Shown: positions 18,530 to 25,253 of the stretch, piece after piece | How positions within the stretch are numbered: position 1 is the stretch's first letter | Layout of the letters: each line of letters opens with the position of its first letter | Assembly: GCA_027339965.1 (NCBI GenBank) | Contig: DAHWNL010000088.1 | Coordinates: 1-25,253 of the forward strand | DNA: 25,253 bases | Reading direction: 5' to 3' | Origin: Granulicella sp. | GTDB taxonomy: Bacteria > Acidobacteriota > Terriglobia > Terriglobales > Acidobacteriaceae | Program-made: the position numbers and the translations under genes | Notes under the pieces: generated by a model | The model's input: the letters and a program-made list of their open reading frames with translations, nothing else | What the model was told of the DNA's origin: nothing | The model's database searches: none

Positions 18530-18733
18530 TTCCCACTGTCACTCCCTGCAAGATTCGACGCAGAACAGCCGGGAATGGCTCCAAAAAAGCCACAAACTAC
18601 AACTTGCTGTGTAGTTTCCCGGCAGCCGTTGCACGCAAGTTTTTTGCTGCGGGATTTTTCAGAGGTTGCTTGCTTCGGCTCTTTCCTCTGAAGACATTCA
18701 AGACATCCGCGGCGGCGAAGGCAAGGTCGGCCT

Positions 18734-19411
18734 TCAAACCTTCAACTCCGTCACACCCTGGTCTCCTGCTACCAGTACCGCTCCGGCCATTCGCAAAAAC
18801 AGGCCGTGTTCGACCACGCCCACCACGGATCGAATCGCCGCCGCGGTATGCTCTGGGTCAGGAATGGAACCGCAGGCGCAGTCCAGAATGTAGTTGTTCT
18901 CGTCGGTAAGATAAGCCGTCCCATCGGGATGTCGGCGCAGATGGGGATGAAGCCCTAGACTGCTGAGCTTGCGCTCGACCACAGGAAGAGCCATCTTGAT
19001 CACCTCAACCGGCAGAGGAAATCTGCCCAGCTGCGGAACTACTTTGCTGGAGTCGACAACCACCAGAAACCTCTGCGCTGCGCTGGCCACAATCTTCTCT
19101 CGCAGAAGCGCACCGCCCCCGCCTTTGATCAGCGCCAGGCCGGGGCCTACCTCGTCGGCGCCGTCGATGTAGAGATCCAGCTCCGGCAACTCATGGAAGG
19201 TGAGCATCTCCATACCCAGAGCCTGTCCCAGCCGGTGGCTGGCGTCGCTGGAGGCGACACAGCGGATCTTCAATCCCTGTCTGACCCGCTCGCCGAGCGC
19301 CTGGATGAACATGGTGGCCGTGGACCCAGTGCCGAGGCCCACCCGCATACCCTCTTCCACACGTTCTGCCGCTTGCCGTCCAACCAGTTCCTTCGCCTGA
19401 TCCTGTGTCAT
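18734..19411 (-). CDS. rpiA: Ribose-5-phosphate isomerase A
   Basis: GLGTGST, DGADEV, KGGGGALLREKIVA and GVVEHGLF. Start moved to ATG 19411 after GGAAGG. Confidence 0.97.
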   Translation of the reverse strand: MTQDQAKELVGRQAAERVEEGMRVGLGTGSTATMFIQALGERVRQGLKIRCVASSDASHRLGQALGMEMLTFHELPELDLYIDGADEVGPGLALIKGGGGALLREKIVASAAQRFLVVVDSSKVVPQLGRFPLPVEVIKMALPVVERKLSSLGLHPHLRRHPDGTAYLTDENNYILDCACGSIPDPEHTAAAIRSVVGVVEHGLFLRMAGAVLVAGDQGVTELKV

Positions 19412-19536
19412 CCAAAGCACCTTCCGCCTGCACGGAGGCAACGTCTCCCTGCGAGAGGAGGATCCTTCCGGGGTCGAAGGCTGGTGCGGCTGCCGTCTCC
19501 CCGGAAGCTCCCTCTCCGCTGGGGGTTACTTGGGGG

Positions 19537-21543
19537 TTACTTTTTCACAAGTTTCTGAGCAGTTTCCACAACATGTGCAACGGAAATCCCGAGCTTTTCC
19601 AAAGCCAGGGGTCCCGGGGCGGAGGCGCCAAAGCGGTCGATGCCGATGGCCGCGCCCTCGCGGCCAACGTACTTCCACCAGCCCATGGTTGCCCCCGCCT
19701 CGACCGAGATGGCGGGGACGCCCCGGGGGAAGATAGACGCCTTGTACTCCTCGGTTTGTTCTTCAAAGACTTTGAAGCTGGGCATGGAAACCACCGTGGC
19801 GAGGATGCTGGCATCCTTGAGTTGGGCGGCGGCCGTCAATGCCAAGGCCACCTCTGATCCGGTCGCCACCAGGACCAGATCCTGCCCATGCGCCTCCAGG
19901 ATATAAGCTCCGCGGCGCACGCCTTCAAAGATCTTGTAGCGGGCTGCATCCATCACCGGCAGGTCCTGGCGGCTGAGCGCCATAAAGCTGGGGCCCTTGC
20001 GCTCCAGCGCCAACTGCCAGCAGGCGGCGGTCTCATTGGCGTCCGCTGGGCGAAAATCCGTCAGGCGCGGAATGGCTCGCAAGCTCATCAGGTGCTCGAC
20101 CGGCTGGTGGGTAGGACCATCCTCGCCCAGACCGACCGAATCATGGGTGTAGATGTAGAGCGCGTGAACTCCCATGAGTGCTCCCATGCGCATGGCGGAA
20201 CGGCAGTAGTCGCTGAAGGTGAAGAACGTCGAACCAAAGGGAATCAGTCCGCCGTGGGCCGCAATGCCGTTCACGGCAGCCTGCATGCCGAACTCGCGCA
20301 CCCCGAAGAAGACGTTGCGCCCCGTTGGGTCCACATGGAAGCTGGGGCTGTCCTTGAAGATCGTCTTGGTGGAGGAGGTGAGGTCCGCGGCGCCGCCAAA
20401 GAGTTCTGGCACAGCCTTGGCAAGGGCGTTGAGGACGACCTGGCCGGCGTTGCGCGTGGCCACAGGCTTGGCATCAGGGCCGGCCGGGAAGACCGGAATC
20501 GCCTTCTCCCAGCCGGGCTCCAGGCGGCGGGCGATGCTGCGCTCGAACTGAGCGCCCAGCGATGGAAAGGCCTTTTTGTAAGCATCGAATCTGGCCTGCC
20601 ACTCGGTCTGGGCTTTCTGGCCCCTTTCAACGGCCTTGAGCCAGTTCTTGCCCGCCTCCTCAGGAACATAAAAGCTCTTGTCCTCAGGGAAGCCCAGGTT
20701 CTTTTTGGTGGCGCGGGTAGCCTCCGGTCCCATGGCTTCGCCGTGGACCTTGTTGGTTCCAGCTTTGGGGCTGCCGTAGCCGATGACCGTGCGCACGCGG
20801 ATCAGCGTTGGCTTGCGGGTCTCCGACTTGGCCGCCTCAATGGCTTTTTCGATGGCCACCAGATCATTTCCGTCCTGCACGACGAGCACTTGCCAGTGGT
20901 AGCCCTCAAAGCGCCGGGTAACATCCTCGGTAAAGCTGAGCTCGGTGGGGCCATCGAGCGAGATAAGGTTGTCGTCGTAGAGCACAATGAGCTTGCCCAG
21001 CTCAAGAGTTCCGGCCAGCGAGGCCGCCTCATGTGAGATCCCCTCCATCAGGTCGCCGTCGCCGCAGAGCACGTAGGTATGATGGTCCACCGGAGCGTGG
21101 TTCTCCTGGTTGTAGATCGCCGCCAGATGCTTTTCGGCGATCGCTTCGCCCACCGCCATGGCGAAGCCCTGGCCGAGGGGGCCGGTGGTTACCTCAACGC
21201 CCGGCGTATCGCCCATCTCGGGGTGCCCCGGGGTCTCCGAGCCCCACTGCCGGAACTGCTCCAACTGAGCCATGGGCAGGTGATAGCCGGTGAGGTGGAG
21301 CACGCCATACAGCAGTGCGGAGGCGTGTCCGTTCGATAGGATGAACCGATCCCGGTCAGGCCACTGCGGATCCCTGGGGTTGTACTTCATGAACTTGTGG
21401 AACAGCAGATAGGCAATCGGCGCGCAGCCCAGTGGAGCGCCCGGATGGCCGCTTTTGGCCTTCTCGACCTGATCGACGGCGAGAAATCGCAAGGTGTTGA
21501 TTGAAAGTTGATCCAGTGCGTCTTGCTGCTGTTTGTCAGTCAT
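19537..21543 (-). CDS. tkt: Transketolase
   Basis: SGHPGAP, DRFILSNGH, TGPLGQG, TPP motif GDGDLMEG...YDDN, THDSVGLGEDGPTHQPVE and FGASAP. Confidence 0.98.
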   Translation of the reverse strand: MTDKQQQDALDQLSINTLRFLAVDQVEKAKSGHPGAPLGCAPIAYLLFHKFMKYNPRDPQWPDRDRFILSNGHASALLYGVLHLTGYHLPMAQLEQFRQWGSETPGHPEMGDTPGVEVTTGPLGQGFAMAVGEAIAEKHLAAIYNQENHAPVDHHTYVLCGDGDLMEGISHEAASLAGTLELGKLIVLYDDNLISLDGPTELSFTEDVTRRFEGYHWQVLVVQDGNDLVAIEKAIEAAKSETRKPTLIRVRTVIGYGSPKAGTNKVHGEAMGPEATRATKKNLGFPEDKSFYVPEEAGKNWLKAVERGQKAQTEWQARFDAYKKAFPSLGAQFERSIARRLEPGWEKAIPVFPAGPDAKPVATRNAGQVVLNALAKAVPELFGGAADLTSSTKTIFKDSPSFHVDPTGRNVFFGVREFGMQAAVNGIAAHGGLIPFGSTFFTFSDYCRSAMRMGALMGVHALYIYTHDSVGLGEDGPTHQPVEHLMSLRAIPRLTDFRPADANETAACWQLALERKGPSFMALSRQDLPVMDAARYKIFEGVRRGAYILEAHGQDLVLVATGSEVALALTAAAQLKDASILATVVSMPSFKVFEEQTEEYKASIFPRGVPAISVEAGATMGWWKYVGREGAAIGIDRFGASAPGPLALEKLGISVAHVVETAQKLVKK

Positions 21544-21590
21544 TCGTATCCTCTGAAGAAAGTTGCGCCCCGTCTCGCCGCGCTTTTAGG

Positions 21591-21618
21591 AAATTGTTGG
21601 AGAAAAATTGTTGGAGAA
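21591..21618. repeat. Perfect 14-bp tandem duplication upstream of tkt
   Basis: AAATTGTTGGAGAA x2. Confidence 0.85.
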
Positions 21619-22009
21619 AAAGAGGCCGGTTCAGGAAGCCAACCCGTCGATTGCCCGCCCTTGGCCGTAAGGAAACCGCCCCATGGAATCCTTGGATGCG
21701 CGTCCCGGGTTCGTTGGCACATGCTTCTAGCCTTCGATGCACGTTCTCTGTCCAAAAGTCACCTCGTTCAGTTTACTCTGGTGGCTCGCGTGGGCCTCGG
21801 TTGCCTCCTCAGTCACCCGATTCTCGCCCTCCGCGCAGCGGCTTGCCATGGTTCTCGTCATCCATCGGGAGGGCAGAGTGGGAGAGCCCGATCCGGCCCG
21901 GAAGCGCTGGCATGGCTTGCATTTGAAGGCGGGAGGGGCTGCTACGCCCGAGGCCGCGGATCGGCGAAGACCCCGGCGGGCGAAAGCGGAGCGCAGGATG
22001 GGAACGAGC

Positions 22010-22034
22010 GGAACCTTTTCCGGCCGGCGGCGTA
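22010..22034 (+). promoter_or_regulatory. ECF-sigma-type promoter upstream of lipoprotein gene
   Basis: GGAAC-N16-CGTA. Confidence 0.45.
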
Positions 22035-22146
22035 CTGTGGTGCATAGACTTCCCGCACCGCCATCATTCGCGCTGCGGAGTTTCGGCCGTCCGATGAGTT
22101 GACACCGCGGCCTACAACCTCCGCCATGCGCAGAAGGACTCCAGTG

Positions 22147-22809
22147 ATGAATCGCTCCCATCGCATCCTGATGATCCTGACCTGCCTGGCCGTAGCCGCT
22201 CCCTTGGCTGGTCTTCTGCTCGCCGGATGTCACGTAACCGAGAGGGATCATGATGGAACGCAACGCGTCCACATTGGCACTCCCTTCGGCTCGCTGAACG
22301 TCAATACGGGCAGCAGCGTAGACGCCACCAGCATCGGCATCAGCCCGTACCCGGGCGCGACGCCGGTTCCGGATGAGGATGGCGGCAGCGATAAAGCGAA
22401 CGTCCAGATGAGCATTGGCAACTTTCGCATGGGCGCGAAGATAGCCGGATTCCAGACCGCGGATTCGGCGCAGAAGGTGCTCGCCTTTTACCGCAAAGAT
22501 CTGGCCGCACGCTACGGCGCGCCCGTGGAGTGCCGCGACCACCGCCCCGTGGGCTCCCTGCACCGTACGGCGCAGGGACTTACCTGCAACGAAAGCCCGT
22601 ACGTCATCACAGCAGGCGTCCAGAGCGGCAGTGGGTCCAACCACGGAGTCAGCGTATCCGGTGAGGACTCCTCGACGGCAATCGACCTGCAAGCAGGCTC
22701 TCCGCAGCGGATGCGCGTGGTGACTGTGAAGAAGCGGGATGGCGGAACACGGATTGGCCTGGTCTCGATCGACCTGCCCACTGGCAAGAGCGGATCGGAT
22801 AGCGAATAG
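22147..22809 (+). CDS. Hypothetical lipoprotein
   Basis: AAGGA before ATG 22147, basic N-region, hydrophobic stretch and lipobox LLAG|C. Also G++PYPGA and D...KVLAFYRK.L segments and two further Cys. Confidence 0.85.
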   Translation: MNRSHRILMILTCLAVAAPLAGLLLAGCHVTERDHDGTQRVHIGTPFGSLNVNTGSSVDATSIGISPYPGATPVPDEDGGSDKANVQMSIGNFRMGAKIAGFQTADSAQKVLAFYRKDLAARYGAPVECRDHRPVGSLHRTAQGLTCNESPYVITAGVQSGSGSNHGVSVSGEDSSTAIDLQAGSPQRMRVVTVKKRDGGTRIGLVSIDLPTGKSGSDSE

Positions 22810-22902
22810 CCTGACTTCGCCGGACTCCGCAAGGGGAGCCAAAGGTCCGTCGATCTGCTCTCCCTGCTTCCCGAACGGCGAAAATGCTGTACCTTCAAAG
22901 GA

Positions 22903-23634
22903 GTGACTGCTCGAACCTGCTCCCGTTGCCACGCCGTGCTCCATCGTGAAGAGGAGGGAGATCTTGTCTATTGTTGGAGTTGCGGAGCGCCTCAGGTAAG
23001 GCTATCCGAGGAGTTGCGCGACCAGATCGAAGAGCAGATGGAAGCGCAGCAGCGCGCCGGCGACCCGGCCACTCGGTCTGCAGCAAAGCCTGCTACTCCC
23101 GGCCAAGTGGTTGCATGGCGCGGGGCCATCCAGACCGCTGCACTCGCGGGAGCGATCTCAGCGGGTCTGTCTTTGCTCTCCTTTGCTCTTAGTCCTGTTT
23201 CTCTGCTCTCCTTTTGTTGGTTTCTCTCCGCGCCTATCGTGGTGATGGGCATCTACAGCTCCCGCTTCCGTCAGACAAACATCACGGCCGGCTTCGGGGC
23301 GAAGCTGGGTGCGCTGACCGCGCTGACGATCTTCCTGGCCACCGCATCCCTGAATACGATTGGCCTGGTTATGGAGCGCTTTGTGCTGCACTCGGCCGGC
23401 GAGATCTCCGATATCGACTCCCAGCTCAACAAGATGTTCGAGCAGTTGCACACGAACTTCGCAGCGCAGTCGCAACAGTCCGCCAGAATGCTTACCGAGA
23501 TGCTCGCCAGGCCCGAGTTTCGCGCCGGCATTTTGCTGGCCAGCATCTTCCTCTGCCTGTTACTGTACCTGGCCTACGCGGCTACGGCCGGGGCGTTTGC
23601 CGGTTATCTGCGCTCGCGTTCCGGGCGAAGCTGA
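22903..23634 (+). CDS. Zinc-ribbon domain membrane protein, hypothetical
   Basis: CSRC...CWSCGAPQ N-terminus, about 4 transmembrane segments and a GTG start. Confidence 0.85.
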   Translation: MTARTCSRCHAVLHREEEGDLVYCWSCGAPQVRLSEELRDQIEEQMEAQQRAGDPATRSAAKPATPGQVVAWRGAIQTAALAGAISAGLSLLSFALSPVSLLSFCWFLSAPIVVMGIYSSRFRQTNITAGFGAKLGALTALTIFLATASLNTIGLVMERFVLHSAGEISDIDSQLNKMFEQLHTNFAAQSQQSARMLTEMLARPEFRAGILLASIFLCLLLYLAYAATAGAFAGYLRSRSGRS

Positions 23635-23693
23635 GTCTGCGCGGCTCGGATGGCGGGGTGTGAATCGGTTGACTCGCTGTTATGATGAGGGCA

Positions 23694-24293
23694 ATGAAAA
23701 GCGATCCAACTTCTTCCGCTGAAACTACGCCGGCCCCCACTCCTTTGCAGGTTCGGGAGAAAGGCAGGCTGATGTCCGCCTCGGAGATTGAGCGCACCCT
23801 GGTGCGGCTGGCGCATGAGATCGTGGAGCGCAACAACGGGAGCGAAAATCTTGGCCTGGTCGGCATCAAGCGCCGCGGAGTCCCGCTGGCCCAGCGCATC
23901 GCCAAACTGATTGAGACGATTGAGAAGATCCCGGTGCAGACCGGAGTGTTGGACATCAGCTTCTACCGCGACGATCTGTCCACCCGAGACCTTCGTCCGG
24001 TGGTTGAAAAGGGAGAGATCGGCTTCGATATCAACGGGCGCGACATCATCCTGATGGATGATGTTCTCTACACCGGGCGCACTACGCGAGCCGCGCTAGA
24101 TGCGCTCTTCGATCAAGGCCGCCCCAGGAGTGTGCAACTGCTGGTTCTGATCGACCGTGGGCATCGCGAGCTGCCGATCGAGGCTCGTTACATCGGCCGC
24201 ACTGTGCCTACCTCGCGGCGGGAGATCATCGAGGTGAAGCTGCGCGAGATCGATCAGGACGAGCAGGTCCTGCTGGCCGAGTTGGTGGATTAA
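23694..24293 (+). CDS. pyrR: PyrR bifunctional pyr regulator / uracil phosphoribosyltransferase
   Basis: RLAHEIVERN, GIKRRG, LDISFYRDD, DDVLYTGRT.RAALDA and DRGHRELPI. Start placed at 23694, 7 nt after TG-T-TATGAT. Confidence 0.96.
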   Translation: MKSDPTSSAETTPAPTPLQVREKGRLMSASEIERTLVRLAHEIVERNNGSENLGLVGIKRRGVPLAQRIAKLIETIEKIPVQTGVLDISFYRDDLSTRDLRPVVEKGEIGFDINGRDIILMDDVLYTGRTTRAALDALFDQGRPRSVQLLVLIDRGHRELPIEARYIGRTVPTSRREIIEVKLREIDQDEQVLLAELVD

Positions 24294-24501
24294 CCCTCAG
24301 GGGCGTCATGGAACCGATGTTGCGGTTCGCGATCCAGCAGCCAAGATCCAGTTGGCCAACAGGACGAGTTGATTTCGCATGCCACGTCACGGCTAGCCTT
24401 GCGCGGGTGAGGTCTGGCGCGGGCTTCGAGGCAAGCGGCTCTCCTGGCCGACGCAGCCGCGCGGAGAGGTTTCATGTTCTCGGTCTGCTTCGTCATCCGG
24501 C

Positions 24502-24975
24502 TTACTGCTTGGAGAAGGAACGAACCAGCACCACCATATTCCACATGTCTTCCGGCTTGGCCCGCCCGTTTTCAGCCGGCATGGCGCCCTGGCCGTTGCT
24601 GATGACGTAGAAGATCTCTCCGTCCGTCTTGCCCTGCAGGCTGGCGGGTTGGGTCAAGTCGGGCAGGCTCAGCTTCATCTGCCCGGCCAGATCGCCGTGG
24701 CCATTTCCGTTGTCGCCGTGGCACATCGCGCAATCATATCCGTAGATGGTTTTGGCGTGGGCCAGGCCCTGCGGGGTGGGCTTCACAGGGTTTACCATCT
24801 TCAAGGCTGCTGCGGGGATCGTGGCCGCCGGCGTGGCTGCGGTGGTTGTGGCTGAAGTGGCCGCCGGGGTGGCGGCCGGCGGCTGTTGTGGCGTCTGCGC
24901 GCCGGGCCGGAGCAGGATCGGCAGCAGCAGGAATGGCAGGGGCAAGATCGACAGCAAAAAAAGCGGCTTGGGCAT
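24502..24975 (-). CDS. Exported monoheme c-type cytochrome
   Basis: AGGAG before ATG 24975, signal peptide, Ala/Thr/Pro linker, CAMCH heme motif and distal Met in GAMPA. Confidence 0.9.
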   Translation of the reverse strand: MPKPLFLLSILPLPFLLLPILLRPGAQTPQQPPAATPAATSATTTAATPAATIPAAALKMVNPVKPTPQGLAHAKTIYGYDCAMCHGDNGNGHGDLAGQMKLSLPDLTQPASLQGKTDGEIFYVISNGQGAMPAENGRAKPEDMWNMVVLVRSFSKQ

Positions 24976-25115
24976 CGTGTGCACTCCTGTGTCAGGCGGC
25001 GCACCCATCATAAGCCTGGGTGAGCGCATTGGCCAATTCAAAAATGATCACTGGTCCCAGCCTTCCACCGGTGCTCCGCGCCGTCTGTGACTGCTGTCAC
25101 CCTAAAGCGCTTTCA

Positions 25116-25253
25116 GAGCCTGTTTACGATCTATGGTTTCGATGTGGCACAGGAATCTGAGAAGCCATATGCGTTGGCTTCTCCGGGGCGGTAATCAAGA
25201 AGGATGGAACGGAGAAAAGCTTACGCAAGCGACATCAGCGGGGAGCAATTCGA
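25116..25253 (+). mobile_element. IS5-family (IS1031-group-like) insertion sequence, left end (runs off the window)
   Basis: End sequence GAGCCTGTTTACGATCT is preceded by TCA (TNA-type target) and followed by a transposase start. Confidence 0.75.
25204..25253 (+). CDS. IS5-family transposase N-terminus (truncated by window edge)
   Basis: MERRKAYASDISGEQF matches the Y(P/A)SD(I/L)(S/T).EQ(F/W) N-terminal motif of IS5-family transposases. Only 16 codons are visible. Confidence 0.7.
   Translation, partial: MERRKAYASDISGEQF

Noticed and set aside
21727..22944. 405-aa minus-strand ORF and other long antisense ORFs (3116..4279, 9047..10036, 16067..17128, 17582..18691, 19888..21036)
   Set aside because: They are antisense shadows of well-supported genes, as expected at high GC.
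1..25253. Composite transposon spanning the whole window
   Set aside because: The flanking ISs belong to different families and the cargo is housekeeping. The window or contig more likely just breaks at repeated IS copies.

Overview
GC-rich bacterial chromosomal window, probably Acidobacteriaceae (inferred from gene content and protein style, not proven). It is cut at both ends by insertion sequences that are missing from the ORF track: an IS701-family element on the left and an IS5-family (IS1031-group-like) element on the right. Between them lie a full-length Lhr helicase, a KdsC-family phosphatase, a YncE-like beta-propeller, a cis-CaaD-family tautomerase, an FAH-family enzyme, several small hypotheticals, ahcY, a pentose-phosphate cluster (tkt-rpiA-gnd-zwf-pgl-glk), a lipoprotein, a zinc-ribbon membrane protein, a stand-alone pyrR and a c-type cytochrome. 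I found no CRISPR array, tRNA, rRNA or clearly new multi-gene system. The best leads are mostly non-coding: a MITE-like repeat family (two copies plus a third end interrupted by the IS5), an SOS-box-like direct repeat at the lhr promoter, five probable leaderless genes, a three-way-junction structure between rpiA and gnd, and a tautomerase lacking one of six catalytic residues.
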